Of a stretch of DNA of 61,771 nucleotides, positions 22,412 to 33,259 are shown one piece after another. Origin of the DNA: an uncultured Gammaproteobacteria bacterium (GTDB lineage: Bacteria > Pseudomonadota > Gammaproteobacteria > SZUA-140); the NCBI GenBank assembly GCA_947258425.1, contig CAMYIG010000002.1, positions 3,154 through 64,924 on the forward strand, given 5' to 3'. Both the position numbers and the translations under genes were made by a program. The notes under the pieces were generated by a model. That model was not told the DNA's origin and did no database searches. It was given only the letters and a program-made list of their open reading frames with translations. Positions within the stretch are counted from its first letter, which is position 1. The number at the start of each line of letters is the position of its first letter.

Positions 22412-23320
22412 ATAAAACCCCTATTTTCACAAGGGCCGTCCACCACCCTGCGCCTGCTTATTCTGGCAGTTCTCTCCATCACCATGATGGTGATGGATCA
22501 CCGTCAGCAGCATATGGAAACGGTCCGCGGTGTGCTCACTACAGCGATCTACCCCATTCAGTATCTGATCAACCTGCCTGCCGGTGTGGGTGAGTGGCTG
22601 ACAGAATCACTCGCCACCCGCCAGACCCTGATCGAGCAAAATAACAGCCTGCGCGCGCAGCAATTTCTGTTTAATATTCAATTACAAAAGCTTGATGCGC
22701 TAGCGGCGGAAAATATGCGGCTGCGCGCCCTCCTCGACTCATCGATCAATGTCAGAGACCGCGTGCTGATTGCCGAACTACTGTCGGTCGACATGAAACC
22801 CTTCACCCAGCAGGTGGTGATCAGCAAAGGATCGCACCATGATGTCTACCGCGGGCAACCGATTCTGGATGCCAGCGGCATCCTCGGACAGGTGGTTCAC
22901 GTCAGTCCACTCAACAGCACCGCCATGCTGATCACTGACCCCAGCCATGCCTTGCCGGTGCAGGTGAATCGCAACGGCCAGCGCGCCATCGCCATGGGCA
23001 CCGGTGATTCCAATCGCCTCGAACTGCCTCATCTGCCCAACAATGCCGATATCGAAGTCGGTGATCTGCTGGTCACCTCTGGCCTCGGTGGGCGCTTCCC
23101 CCCCGGTTATCCTGCGGCACGCGTGACCGTCGTCATCCGTAACCCCGGACAACCCTTCGCCGAGGTTCAGGCAGAGCCCACAGGCAGACTGGAGAGTGCG
23201 CGCGAAGTGCTATTAGTGTGGAATAACCCGCCCGAGGTCGAGAAGGTAGAAGAACAGACAGCGGCGGAAGCGGAAGCGAGCATTGCCCCTGAAGATGAGA
23301 ACGGAGAGCAGACTCCGTGA
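22412..23320 (+). CDS. mreC: Rod-shape determining protein MreC; the start codon appears non-canonical
   Basis: The first in-frame ATG is at 22484. The frame is open from 22391 and encodes IKPLFSQGPSTTLRLLILAVLSITMM. That matches the conserved MreC N-terminus (MKPIFSRGPS plus TM helix). A GAGG lies about 6 nt upstream of the ATA at 22412. Confidence 0.8.
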   Translation: MKPLFSQGPSTTLRLLILAVLSITMMVMDHRQQHMETVRGVLTTAIYPIQYLINLPAGVGEWLTESLATRQTLIEQNNSLRAQQFLFNIQLQKLDALAAENMRLRALLDSSINVRDRVLIAELLSVDMKPFTQQVVISKGSHHDVYRGQPILDASGILGQVVHVSPLNSTAMLITDPSHALPVQVNRNGQRAIAMGTGDSNRLELPHLPNNADIEVGDLLVTSGLGGRFPPGYPAARVTVVIRNPGQPFAEVQAEPTGRLESAREVLLVWNNPPEVEKVEEQTAAEAEASIAPEDENGEQTP

Positions 23321-23805
23321 TTCATAAAAAGGCACAGGGCAGCGAGATGATCGCCCTCAGTTTTATCGGCGCACTGGCGCTTACAGTCTTTCCCCTGCCC
23401 GACTGGCTTGCGGCCGCCCGCCCCGAATGGGTCTCGCTGGTGCTCATCTACTGGTGCATGGCGCTGCCCAACAGGGTCGGTGTCGGTATCGCCTGGGGGC
23501 TCGGGCTAACGCTCGACGTGCTGCGTGTTGGTCTGTTGGGACAAAATGCCCTCATCCTCGCTATCATCGCCTACATCACACTCAAACTTTACCAGCAACT
23601 GCGTGTCTTTCCGCTATGGCAACAGGCACTGAGTGTCTTTATATTGATCGCCCTCGGTCAGATGCTCACCCTGTGGATTAAAGGCATCAGCGGGCAGCCG
23701 ATCGATTTCTGGACCTACTGGCTACCCTCGTTTAGCAGCATGATTGCATGGCCACTGGTATTCTTCACCTTGCGTGCTTTACGCAGAAAATTCAGAGTCT
23801 CGTAA
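23317..23805 (+). CDS. mreD: Rod-shape determining protein MreD (GTG start overlapping the mreC stop)
   Basis: 162-aa polytopic membrane protein in the mreBCD position. Confidence 0.88.
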   Translation: MIHKKAQGSEMIALSFIGALALTVFPLPDWLAAARPEWVSLVLIYWCMALPNRVGVGIAWGLGLTLDVLRVGLLGQNALILAIIAYITLKLYQQLRVFPLWQQALSVFILIALGQMLTLWIKGISGQPIDFWTYWLPSFSSMIAWPLVFFTLRALRRKFRVS

Positions 23806-23868
23806 ACGTTAACGATGCGATCTTCAATACTCACCCATTCCTCCGATAACAACGGTTGATCGCGACAC

Positions 23869-25722
23869 ATGACCGCACGTCTTCGCATCAAAGATCACAT
23901 CCGCGAGAGCCGCACCTTTAATGAACGTGCAGCGATAGCGCTGGCATTGGTAGTCGTGATGATCTTTGTCATTCTGGCTCGCCTGGTCTACCTGCAGATC
24001 ATCAGCCACGATCACTTCACTACGCTGGCCGAAGATAACCGCGTCAGCATCGTACCCATCCCCCCGACACGCGGTCTAATCTATGATCGCCACGGCATTA
24101 TTCTCGCGCAAAACCTGCCTTCTTTCAGTCTGGAAATTGTACCGGAACGGACCCATGACGTTGATGTCACCATTAGTGAGCTGGCGCAGATTATTGAAAT
24201 CAGCGACGATCACATCAAGAGCTTCAAAAAACAGTCGCAACAAAAAAGCGCCTTCCGCAGCATCCCGTTACGCACGCATCTGAATGATGTTGAGGTGGCT
24301 CGGATCGCGGCCAGTCGTCACCGCTTCCCCGGAGTAGAAATTGAAGCACGACTGGTGCGTGACTATCCATACAGCCACCTCACCGCACACGTCATCGGTT
24401 ATGTCGGTCGCATCAATGTCAATGAACTCCAGAAAGTCGACCCATCAAACTATAGTGCCACCCACCACATCGGCAAACTGGGCGTTGAAAAATTTTACGA
24501 AGATGTACTGCATGGTACTGTCGGTTTTAAAAACATTGAAACCAATGTCGTGGGGCGTGCCATTCGCACCCTAGGGCAGACCGCGCCACTCCCCGGCAAT
24601 AATCTCCATTTAACGCTCGATATCAAGCTCCAGCAAGCGGCCAACAAAGCGCTGGGGAAACATAGAGGCGCCGTGATCGCGATCGACCCACGCAACGGCG
24701 AGATACTGGCGATGGTCAGTAAACCCAGTTACGATCCCAACCCCTTTGTCGTCGGTATCGATTCCAAGAGTTACCGTGCACTACAGGAGAATATCGACAA
24801 ACCCCTTTTTAACCGTACGCTCAAAGGACAATACCCCCCCGGCTCCACCATTAAACCCCTCATCGGTCTCGCCGGTCTCGAAAGTGGCATTACAAAACCC
24901 CATAGCAGCCTCTTCTGTCCCGGCTGGTTTTCACTTAAAGGGGACGATCATAAATATCGTGACTGGAAAAAATTCGGCCACGGCACCACTTCGCTTGAAA
25001 AGGCGATTATCGAATCGTGCGATGTCTTTTTTTATGACCTCTCACTGAACCTCGGCATCGATGCCATGAGCGACTACCTCTCCTACTTCGGTCTGGGTAA
25101 AAAAACCAATGTAGACCTGCCCGGCGAACTCAGCGGCATCCTCCCGTCCAGTCACTGGAAGCGCCAGAAAAAAGGGCTGCCCTGGTACACCGGCGAGACC
25201 CTGATCAGTGGCATCGGGCAGGGCTACAACCTCACCACGCCACTGCAACTCGCCTCGGCCACGGCCACACTCGCGAGTCGCGGCCTCTATTCCCAGCCCC
25301 ACATCGTTCAATCATCGAGCTCAACGCCCAATAGTGAACCACTGCCTGTGGCTCTTAAACAGGAAGACCGTCACCACATCGCAACCGATCATAACTGGGA
25401 ATACATGGTCAACTCGATGGTGAAGGTCGTGCACAGTATTCGCGGCACCGCCCGCGTCATCAGCGAAGACATACCCTTTAAAATCGCCGGTAAGACCGGT
25501 ACGGCGCAGGTCTTTGGAATCAAGCAGGATGAAAAATATGTCAAAGAAGATATTGCAGAACGGCTGCGTGACCACGCCCTGTTTATCGCCTTTGCACCCG
25601 CGGACAAACCTGAGATTGCGATCGCAGTGATCGTTGAAAACGGCGGCAGTGGTGGCTCGGTTGCCGCGCCGGTGGCGCGGAAGGTCATTGACGAATATAT
25701 GGCATCAAAGGCCCCCTCATGA
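23869..25722 (+). CDS. mrdA: Penicillin-binding protein 2 (elongasome transpeptidase)
   Basis: 617 aa with transpeptidase motifs STIKP, SCD (S-x-D variant) and KTGTA. Confidence 0.95.
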   Translation: MTARLRIKDHIRESRTFNERAAIALALVVVMIFVILARLVYLQIISHDHFTTLAEDNRVSIVPIPPTRGLIYDRHGIILAQNLPSFSLEIVPERTHDVDVTISELAQIIEISDDHIKSFKKQSQQKSAFRSIPLRTHLNDVEVARIAASRHRFPGVEIEARLVRDYPYSHLTAHVIGYVGRINVNELQKVDPSNYSATHHIGKLGVEKFYEDVLHGTVGFKNIETNVVGRAIRTLGQTAPLPGNNLHLTLDIKLQQAANKALGKHRGAVIAIDPRNGEILAMVSKPSYDPNPFVVGIDSKSYRALQENIDKPLFNRTLKGQYPPGSTIKPLIGLAGLESGITKPHSSLFCPGWFSLKGDDHKYRDWKKFGHGTTSLEKAIIESCDVFFYDLSLNLGIDAMSDYLSYFGLGKKTNVDLPGELSGILPSSHWKRQKKGLPWYTGETLISGIGQGYNLTTPLQLASATATLASRGLYSQPHIVQSSSSTPNSEPLPVALKQEDRHHIATDHNWEYMVNSMVKVVHSIRGTARVISEDIPFKIAGKTGTAQVFGIKQDEKYVKEDIAERLRDHALFIAFAPADKPEIAIAVIVENGGSGGSVAAPVARKVIDEYMASKAPS

Positions 25723-26855
25723 TCAAGGCCAAAAACAACGAATATACACAGTGGGGCGAGCGCCGCCAGTCACGCATGTTTGTGCGTGGTCTGCACCTCG
25801 ATGTGCCACTACTGATCGGTATTATCATGCTGTCGGCCATTGGACTCGTGATTCTTTACAGCGCCAGCGGACAGAATGACGCCATCATCATGCGCCAGTT
25901 AATGCGCCTGGCGATTGCATTTACGGTGATGCTGGTCGTCGCGCAAATCCCCCCCCACCACATTCAGCTATGGGCCCCCTGGGCCTTTGGCGGGGGTTTG
26001 CTGCTACTCGCCGCGGTGCTGCTGATTGGTGATGAAGGCAAAGGGGCGCAGCGCTGGCTCGATCTGGGCTTCTTCCGCTTTCAGCCCTCGGAGATAATGA
26101 AGCTTGCGGTGCCGATCATGGTGGCGTGGTACTTCGCCGATAACCCGGCCCCGCCCTCGCTCAAGCATATCATTATTTCCTGCCTGCTGATCATCGTGCC
26201 GGTATTATTGATCGCCAAACAACCCGATCTCGGCACCTCGTTATTGATCGCAAGTTCCGGTGTTTTTGTACTGCTGCTCTCGGGCATTCGCTGGAAACAT
26301 GTCAGTGGTTTTATACTGCTCATCGCCACCAGCGCACCGCTACTGTGGTTCAACCTGCATGAGTATCAAAAGGCACGCGTGATGACTTTTCTCAACCCGG
26401 AAAATGATCCACTCGGTGCGGGCTATCACATCATCCAATCAAAAATAGCCATCGGCTCTGGCGGCATCTACGGTAAAGGATGGCTCAACGGTTCGCAATC
26501 TCACCTTGAGTTTTTGCCGGAACGCACCACCGATTTTATCTTCTCCGTCTTCAGTGAAGAGTTTGGTTTTATCGGTATATTCTGCCTGCTACTGCTCTAT
26601 CTCTTCATTGTTGTGCGCGGTCTCTACATCGCAACGCAGGCACAAAGCACCTTCACCCGTCTGCTCGCTGGCAGCTTGATTTTGACTTTTTTCGTCTATA
26701 CTTTCGTTAATATAGGGATGGTCTCCGGGCTGCTGCCCGTAGTGGGGCTACCGCTGCCGTTAATCAGCTATGGCGGTACTTCAATGGTGACGCTGATGGC
26801 CGGCTTTGGCATCCTGATGTCGATACATACCCATCGTCGCCTACTTTCAAATTAA
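25719..26855 (+). CDS. rodA: SEDS peptidoglycan polymerase RodA
   Basis: 378-aa polytopic membrane protein of the FtsW/RodA family. Its ATGA overlaps mrdA. Confidence 0.95.
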   Translation: MIKAKNNEYTQWGERRQSRMFVRGLHLDVPLLIGIIMLSAIGLVILYSASGQNDAIIMRQLMRLAIAFTVMLVVAQIPPHHIQLWAPWAFGGGLLLLAAVLLIGDEGKGAQRWLDLGFFRFQPSEIMKLAVPIMVAWYFADNPAPPSLKHIIISCLLIIVPVLLIAKQPDLGTSLLIASSGVFVLLLSGIRWKHVSGFILLIATSAPLLWFNLHEYQKARVMTFLNPENDPLGAGYHIIQSKIAIGSGGIYGKGWLNGSQSHLEFLPERTTDFIFSVFSEEFGFIGIFCLLLLYLFIVVRGLYIATQAQSTFTRLLAGSLILTFFVYTFVNIGMVSGLLPVVGLPLPLISYGGTSMVTLMAGFGILMSIHTHRRLLSN

Positions 26856-26876
26856 CCCATTGTCTGAGCACAATCG

Positions 26877-27908
26877 ATGATGACTTCAGCACACAATAAA
26901 ACGGTAATGCACATGCTGCTACTCGCGCTGCTACTGTTTATCGCGCCGATCTGTTTTGCAGCGAATACCAGCGTGACAGCACGGGATGACGTACAGCAAT
27001 TCATCGACATGATGGTGAGCAAGCATCAGTTCGAACGCGAAACGCTCACACAGCTTCTCAATGAAGCGGAGCCGCAAGCGGCGATTATCGAGTCAATCAC
27101 CCGCCCCTATGAAAGCAAACCGTGGCACCAATATCGCCCTATCTTTGTAACTCAAAAGCGCATCAAACGTGGCCTTGAGTTTTGGCAAGCGAACAGTGAA
27201 ACATTGATGCGCACCGAACAGCAATACGGTGTTCCGCCTGAAATCATTACTGCAATTATCGGCGTAGAATCATTTTACGGTCAATACAAAGGGCGTTACC
27301 GCGTCCTCGACGCCCTCACCACGCTCGGCTTCGACTACCCCAGGCGCGGCAAATTTTTTCGCAAGGAACTGGAACAATACCTGCTGCTGGCACGCGAAGA
27401 AGGGATCGACCCTCGCAGCGTTAAAGGCTCCTATGCTGGCGCGATGGGACAACCACAGTTCATCTCCAGCAGCTATCGCGAATATGCGGTGGACTTTAGC
27501 GGCGATGGCGTACGTGACCTATGGAACAACACTGAGGATGTGATCGGCAGCGTCGCCAACTATTTTCGGCGTCACGGCTGGCAACAGGGTCAACCCATCG
27601 CTAGCCGAGCACAAATTAACGGTACCCGTTATAAAAAGGCACTCAAAAAAAGTCTTAAGCCGACGATGACGGTGGCGCAATTCAACGCCCATGGGGTAGC
27701 ACTCGATACGACGACCGCTGAAGTCGTGCCCGATGCAATCAAAGCAACACTGATCGAATTGAAAAATGAATCAACCAACGAGTACTGGCTAGGCTACCGC
27801 AACTTCTATGTTATTTCGCGCTATAATCACAGTGCATTGTACTCAATGGCAGTATTTCAGCTTGCGACGGAGCTACGCAAACAGCATGATGCCGCGCGCG
27901 CGAAATAG
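26877..27908 (+). CDS. mltB: Lytic murein transglycosylase B family
   Basis: 343 aa with a signal peptide. MltB/SltB-like motifs are present (IIGVESFYG, AGAMGQPQF). Confidence 0.88.
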   Translation: MMTSAHNKTVMHMLLLALLLFIAPICFAANTSVTARDDVQQFIDMMVSKHQFERETLTQLLNEAEPQAAIIESITRPYESKPWHQYRPIFVTQKRIKRGLEFWQANSETLMRTEQQYGVPPEIITAIIGVESFYGQYKGRYRVLDALTTLGFDYPRRGKFFRKELEQYLLLAREEGIDPRSVKGSYAGAMGQPQFISSSYREYAVDFSGDGVRDLWNNTEDVIGSVANYFRRHGWQQGQPIASRAQINGTRYKKALKKSLKPTMTVAQFNAHGVALDTTTAEVVPDAIKATLIELKNESTNEYWLGYRNFYVISRYNHSALYSMAVFQLATELRKQHDAARAK

Positions 27909-27960
27909 ACTAAACCACTCGTTACCCATACGATATTGATGACGACCCTATTTTTAGACC

Positions 27961-28899
27961 ATGAACTGCTATAAACACTGTCAGATGATCGCACTCACCC
28001 TGCCGCTGTTCCTCAGCGGCTGCGGTAGCCTGCCCACAGGCGGCGGTGGTTTTTTTTCGCGGCAAGACAGCGCGCCGGCACACGCGGTCGATGTCTCCAA
28101 TGTTGTCGATGCAGTTCCGCGGGTTGAACCCCCCAGTCGCTACGGCAACCCTGAGTCGTATGTGGTATTTGGCAAGCGCTACCATGTCAAAAAAAGCAGT
28201 ATTGGCCATGTCGAGCAAGGGGTCGCCTCGTGGTACGGCACCAAATTTCACGGCAAACGCACCTCCAGTGGCGAGCCTTATGACATGCTGGCGATGACCG
28301 CTGCCCATAAAAGCCTGCCACTACCGACCTACGCCGAAGTGACCAATCTGAAAAATGGCCGCAAGATTATCGTCAAGATCAATGATCGCGGCCCTTTTAA
28401 AAACAATCGCATCATCGACCTCTCTTATGCGGCCGCCATCAAGCTCGGGATTACCAGGGCTGGCACCGGATTGGTGGAGGTTCGAGCAATTGACCCATCG
28501 CAGCCACCACAGGCAAAAGCCCAGATACAGCCGCTGGCACCGGTCGTCGCACCCCCCCCGCCCACACTTCGCACGGCACAAGCCCAAACCGCTGTTGTTG
28601 CGAAAGCGGTGCCTTCACCCACGGACAAGCTTCAGCAGATCACGCCGGGGCAGACCACCGCTATCTACTTGCAGGTGGGCGCCTTTGGCAGTCGCATCAA
28701 TGCGGAAAATTTACGCGCCCGTATTCGCGACATTGAGACCCTGCCGGCTTCAAAGGTGAGTGTTACTCAGGGCATTAAATCAGACGCGTCGATATTTCGC
28801 GTCCGCATCGGTCCGATCGATAGTGCTCCTGAGGCCGACCAGGTAATCAAGCGCCTCGCCCAACTCGGCATTGAGAACCCGCACGTCATCATTGACTAA
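27961..28899 (+). CDS. rlpA: Septal-ring lytic transglycosylase RlpA (DPBB plus C-terminal SPOR domain)
   Basis: Has lipobox LSGC and the DPBB motif ASWYGTKFHGKRTSSGEPYD. A Pro/Ala-rich linker leads to a SPOR-like C-terminus (YLQVGAFGSRINAE...FRVRIGP). Confidence 0.92.
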   Translation: MNCYKHCQMIALTLPLFLSGCGSLPTGGGGFFSRQDSAPAHAVDVSNVVDAVPRVEPPSRYGNPESYVVFGKRYHVKKSSIGHVEQGVASWYGTKFHGKRTSSGEPYDMLAMTAAHKSLPLPTYAEVTNLKNGRKIIVKINDRGPFKNNRIIDLSYAAAIKLGITRAGTGLVEVRAIDPSQPPQAKAQIQPLAPVVAPPPPTLRTAQAQTAVVAKAVPSPTDKLQQITPGQTTAIYLQVGAFGSRINAENLRARIRDIETLPASKVSVTQGIKSDASIFRVRIGPIDSAPEADQVIKRLAQLGIENPHVIID

Positions 28900-29024
28900 A
28901 CCGCCACCTGAAACAGGCCTGTATTACACGCCACCGCTGCGCATCTTGAAAAGCCGCAGCCGTGCAATAATTTGGTAGACTATGGGTTGCGATTATTCGC
29001 GTCATTTTGAGGAGAATCTGTTTC

Positions 29025-30272
29025 GTGAGCCACACCACCGATCCAACACCCAGAAATTCTGCATCATATTCTGGCGGGCATCGCGTCTGCTTTTCGACCG
29101 CTCGCGGCCTGCTGGGCCGTCTATTGGGCGGTCCATTGCGAATCTTGACGAGCATCATACTGGCCACCCTGCTACCCCTCAATTTTGCCACCGCAGCAGC
29201 CATGCCGACACCCAACGTCCCTGAAATCGCCGCACGCGGTTACCTGTTGCAGGATTTCAATAGCGGGCAGATCATCGCCGAAAAAAATAGTCACGAACAG
29301 ATGGAACCTGCCAGTCTCACCAAACTGATGACGGCACACATCGTTTTTAGCGAACTACGCGCCGGTAATCTACAGCTCAGCACAGAAGTACTGATCAGCG
29401 AAAAGGCGTGGCGCATGGGTGGCTCACGTATGTTCGTCGAGGTTAACAAACGCGTACCTGTCGAAGACCTGCTAAAAGGAATGATCATTCAGTCGGGCAA
29501 CGACGCCAGTGTCGCACTCGCCGAACATGTCGCGGGCAGTGAAGACGCCTTTGCCTCGCTGATGAATCACCACGCCGAGAAACTCGGCATGCGCAGCACC
29601 CATTTCGTCAACAGTACCGGCATGCCCGATAGCAATCACTACACCACCGCACACGATCTTGCTTTGCTCACCAAGGCGCTGATTACGGAGTTCCCTGAAT
29701 ACTACAAATGGTACTCAATCAAAGAGTTTACCTATAACGACATCCGTCAACACAACCGCAACACACTGCTGTGGCGTGACAAATATGTCGATGGCGTGAA
29801 GACTGGTCACACCGATTCAGCCGGCTTCTGCCTGATCTCATCGGCCCTGCGTGATGACATGCGCCTGGTTTCCGTGGTGCTCGGCACCAAAAGCAAAGAG
29901 GCACGTGCCAAAGAGAGCCAGAAACTACTCAACTACGGCTTTCGTTTTTTTGAAACGCGCCAACTCTATAGTGCCAACAGTCAGCTGACGACTTCCCGTA
30001 TCTGGAAAGGGGCCAGTGAACAGTTGCCCCTTGGGATCACCGATGATCTCTACATCACGATCCCGCGGGGTCGTTATGACAAACTCGACGCATCGATGAA
30101 GATCGATTCACACATCACCGCCCCCACCAGCAAAGGCAGCCAGCACGGTATTGTTGATATTTCACTGGAGGGAGAAACTATCGTCGAGCGTCCACTAGTG
30201 GCACTCCAGGATATCGAAGAAGGCAGTCTGTTTCAGCGACTCTCTGATGAGTTTTCACTACTGTTCGAATAA
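29025..30272 (+). CDS. D-alanyl-D-alanine carboxypeptidase (PBP5/6 family)
   Basis: Motifs SLTKLM (SxxK), SGN and KTGHT are present. The start is uncertain. I favour the GTG at 29025, preceded by GAGGAG, over the TTG at 29007. Confidence 0.88.
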   Translation: MSHTTDPTPRNSASYSGGHRVCFSTARGLLGRLLGGPLRILTSIILATLLPLNFATAAAMPTPNVPEIAARGYLLQDFNSGQIIAEKNSHEQMEPASLTKLMTAHIVFSELRAGNLQLSTEVLISEKAWRMGGSRMFVEVNKRVPVEDLLKGMIIQSGNDASVALAEHVAGSEDAFASLMNHHAEKLGMRSTHFVNSTGMPDSNHYTTAHDLALLTKALITEFPEYYKWYSIKEFTYNDIRQHNRNTLLWRDKYVDGVKTGHTDSAGFCLISSALRDDMRLVSVVLGTKSKEARAKESQKLLNYGFRFFETRQLYSANSQLTTSRIWKGASEQLPLGITDDLYITIPRGRYDKLDASMKIDSHITAPTSKGSQHGIVDISLEGETIVERPLVALQDIEEGSLFQRLSDEFSLLFE

Positions 30273-30278
30273 TTATTT

Positions 30279-31145
30279 ATGTCATCTATTAGCTATTTAA
30301 ACGGTGTTTTTATGCCGGTGAGTGAAGCACGAATCTCACCGCTTGATCGCGGCTTTATCTTTGGTGATGGCATCTATGAAGTGATCCCGGCCTACGGCGG
30401 CAAACTGTTTCGTCTCGATGAACATCTGCGGCGCCTCGCTAATAACCTTACTGCAGTGAAAATGAAACCACCCCTCGCTACCGAAGCGTGGAAGCAGGTA
30501 CTCAACGAAATCGTGTTACGTAACCTGCCCATTCACGGCAGCGAACAGTCGATCTACCTGCAAGTGACTCGCGGCGTGGCAGAGCGCGACCACGGTTTCC
30601 CCGATAGCCACGTTGAACCGACACTGTTCATTATGAGCACGCCGTTAAAAGCGCTGCCTGAATCGATCGCCAGAGAGGGTGTCGCGGCGATCACCCATGA
30701 AGATATTCGCTGGAAAAATTGCCACATTAAATGCACCTCACTGCTGGGTAATATTTTATTGCGCCAACAGGCCTACGATGAACATGCCGTCGAGGCGATC
30801 CTGATTCGCGATGGCGAGGTGACCGAAGGGGCGGCCAGCAATCTCTTTGCGCTCATCGACGGCATTCTGATTACGCCCCCCAAAGGCCCACTGCTACTGC
30901 CCGGCATCACCCGCGACCTGATACTCGAGCTGGCACAGCAGCACAACATCCCGTCATGTGAGGCCTTCATCACCCCCGCACAATTAAAGGATGCGGAAGA
31001 GATCTGGCTCACCAGTTCTACCAAAGAGATCCTGCCGGTCACGACCCTTGATGGGGTCGCGGTGCACAATGGCAAACCCGGTAAAGTCTGGCAACAGATG
31101 ACCCAGCACTATCAACAATATAAACAGCAACTACGTAACGCGTGA
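30279..31145 (+). CDS. Class IV (fold type IV) aminotransferase, D-amino-acid / branched-chain type
   Basis: 288 aa with N-terminal LDRGFIFGDGIYEVIP and the rest typical of D-alanine aminotransferase-like enzymes. Confidence 0.8.
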   Translation: MSSISYLNGVFMPVSEARISPLDRGFIFGDGIYEVIPAYGGKLFRLDEHLRRLANNLTAVKMKPPLATEAWKQVLNEIVLRNLPIHGSEQSIYLQVTRGVAERDHGFPDSHVEPTLFIMSTPLKALPESIAREGVAAITHEDIRWKNCHIKCTSLLGNILLRQQAYDEHAVEAILIRDGEVTEGAASNLFALIDGILITPPKGPLLLPGITRDLILELAQQHNIPSCEAFITPAQLKDAEEIWLTSSTKEILPVTTLDGVAVHNGKPGKVWQQMTQHYQQYKQQLRNA

Positions 31146-31154
31146 CACAAGACT

Positions 31155-31427
31155 ATGAGCGATGAAACAAAAGAGTCACTACTGGAGTTCCCATGCGAGT
31201 TCCCCATCAAGGCGATCGGTAAACATAGCGATGACCTTGACGCGCTCGTCTTCAGCCTGGTGCATAAACATGTACCCGAACTCAGCGAAGGGTCGGTGCG
31301 TACGCGCGCCAGCCGCAAAGGCAACTATGCCGCCATCACCGTGACCTTTACCGCCACCAGTCAGGCGCAACTCGACGCGATCTACTGTGATCTCAGCAGC
31401 TGTGAACAGATCACGATGGTGCTATAA
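31155..31427 (+). CDS. ybeD: YbeD/DUF493 family protein
   Basis: 90 aa containing LEFPCEFPIKAIG. It holds the conserved position upstream of lipB. Confidence 0.88.
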   Translation: MSDETKESLLEFPCEFPIKAIGKHSDDLDALVFSLVHKHVPELSEGSVRTRASRKGNYAAITVTFTATSQAQLDAIYCDLSSCEQITMVL

Positions 31428-31436
31428 CGCTACTTT

Positions 31437-32078
31437 ATGCCGTCGCTAACCCTCCGCATGCTCGGCCACCAGCCCTATGAAGGCTGCTGGCATGCGATGC
31501 AGGCCTTCACCGAAGCACGTAACGAAACGACCGCGGATGAAATCTGGTGCGTCGAACACCCACCGGTATTTACCCTCGGGCGCGCGGGCCGACGTAAGCA
31601 TATCCACCATGTGGGCGATATCCCGATTATCCATGTGGACCGCGGCGGGCAGATCACCTACCACGGGCCGGGGCAGGTGGTGATCTATCTGCTGATCGAT
31701 CTGCGTCGTCGCCAGTGGGGCATTCGTCACCTGGTCTCTCTGATTGAGCAGGCCATCATCGAGATGCTGGCTGCCCACCAGATCAACGCCGCCACAAAAG
31801 AAGGCGCGCCCGGCGTCTACGTCGAAGGGGACAAAATCGCCGCGCTGGGGATGCGGGTTAGAAAAGGGTGTACCTTTCACGGCCTGAGTCTCAACGTCGC
31901 GATGGAGATGGAACCGTTCACACGCATCGACCCCTGTGGCTACCCTGGACTCAATGTGACACAAACCTCCACGTTAAGCGCCCTCAATGATCCCGCACAG
32001 GCAGAAAGGGATCTGCTGGCACATCTGACACACTTGCTTGAATACGATACAATCACCACCTGCCAAACGTTGCCCTGA
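31437..32078 (+). CDS. lipB: Octanoyltransferase
   Basis: 213 aa containing [12 protein letters not shown] and the PCG motif. Confidence 0.95.
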   Translation: MPSLTLRMLGHQPYEGCWHAMQAFTEARNETTADEIWCVEHPPVFTLGRAGRRKHIHHVGDIPIIHVDRGGQITYHGPGQVVIYLLIDLRRRQWGIRHLVSLIEQAIIEMLAAHQINAATKEGAPGVYVEGDKIAALGMRVRKGCTFHGLSLNVAMEMEPFTRIDPCGYPGLNVTQTSTLSALNDPAQAERDLLAHLTHLLEYDTITTCQTLP

Positions 32079-32134
32079 TCAATTCCATAGAATCTGCCGC
32101 AACGCTTGAAGACAATCCCCTACTGTAGAGATGC

Positions 32135-33103
32135 ATGCGCGATATGAGCGATCAAAAAACAGCCCCGCCCAAACGCAACCCACTCAAGGGTGAGTCCAAG
32201 GTGTCACGCATCCCGATCAAGATCGAACCGACCGTCAATCCGCTGCGCAAACCAAAATGGATTCGCGCCACCGCCGGCAGCACCCCAAGAGTAGCCGAGC
32301 TAAAAGCGATTCTCAAAGAGAACAAACTGCACACGGTCTGTGAAGAGGCGGCGTGCCCCAATCTCGGTGAATGTTTCAGCCACGGCACGGCCACCTTCAT
32401 GATCATGGGCGACATCTGCACCCGACGCTGTCCTTTCTGCGATGTTGCCCACGGCAAACCAAACCCGCTGGATCAGGATGAGCCGTATAATCTGGCGAAA
32501 ACGATCAAGGCAATGGGACTCGCTTACGTCGTAATCACCTCAGTCGATCGAGATGACCTGCGCGATGGCGGCGCCGCTCATTTTGTCGCCTGTATTCAGG
32601 CAGTGCGAGAACATTCGCCCTCCACTCGCATCGAGGTGCTGGTGCCGGACTTCCGTGGTCGTATGGATCGTGCACTGGAGATCATGACGCAAGCGCCGCC
32701 GGACGTCTTTAACCACAATCTTGAAACCGTGCCGCGCCTCTACAAGCAGGCACGCCCCGGCGCGGATTACCTCTGGTCACTCGACCTGTTACAGAAATTC
32801 AAGGAACAGCACCCCGATGTCCCGACCAAATCAGGCTTGATGCTGGGCCTTGGCGAGACCATCGATGAGATTCATCAGGTGATGTACGACCTGCGCGCAC
32901 ACGACTGCAACATGCTCACCCTCGGGCAATATTTACAACCCAGCAAGTTCCACCTGCCGGTGGCGCGCTACGTTGAACCCGCTGAATTTGATGAACTCGC
33001 CGTCGAGGCCGATGGTATGGGATTTGCCAATGTTGCCAGTGGCCCGATGGTGCGTTCCTCCTACCATGCCGATCTACAGGCGGCAGGAAAATCGGTCAGC
33101 TAA
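32135..33103 (+). CDS. lipA: Lipoyl synthase
   Basis: Radical-SAM CTRRCPFC motif plus the N-terminal [12 protein letters not shown] cluster. The start may instead be the second Met, at 32144. Confidence 0.96.
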   Translation: MRDMSDQKTAPPKRNPLKGESKVSRIPIKIEPTVNPLRKPKWIRATAGSTPRVAELKAILKENKLHTVCEEAACPNLGECFSHGTATFMIMGDICTRRCPFCDVAHGKPNPLDQDEPYNLAKTIKAMGLAYVVITSVDRDDLRDGGAAHFVACIQAVREHSPSTRIEVLVPDFRGRMDRALEIMTQAPPDVFNHNLETVPRLYKQARPGADYLWSLDLLQKFKEQHPDVPTKSGLMLGLGETIDEIHQVMYDLRAHDCNMLTLGQYLQPSKFHLPVARYVEPAEFDELAVEADGMGFANVASGPMVRSSYHADLQAAGKSVS

Positions 33104-33259
33104 CGGCTTTCGTCCACGCTCAAAAATCCAAACCTGGCCCGAAAATTGATGAGTCGATGTGATGCCACATTAATTAAGTGGTTTATTACTACTCACTTCT
33201 GATGCATCATTAACCGATGTCATCCCGGCATTTTTTGATTTTCCCAGGAGGGTCAAACC

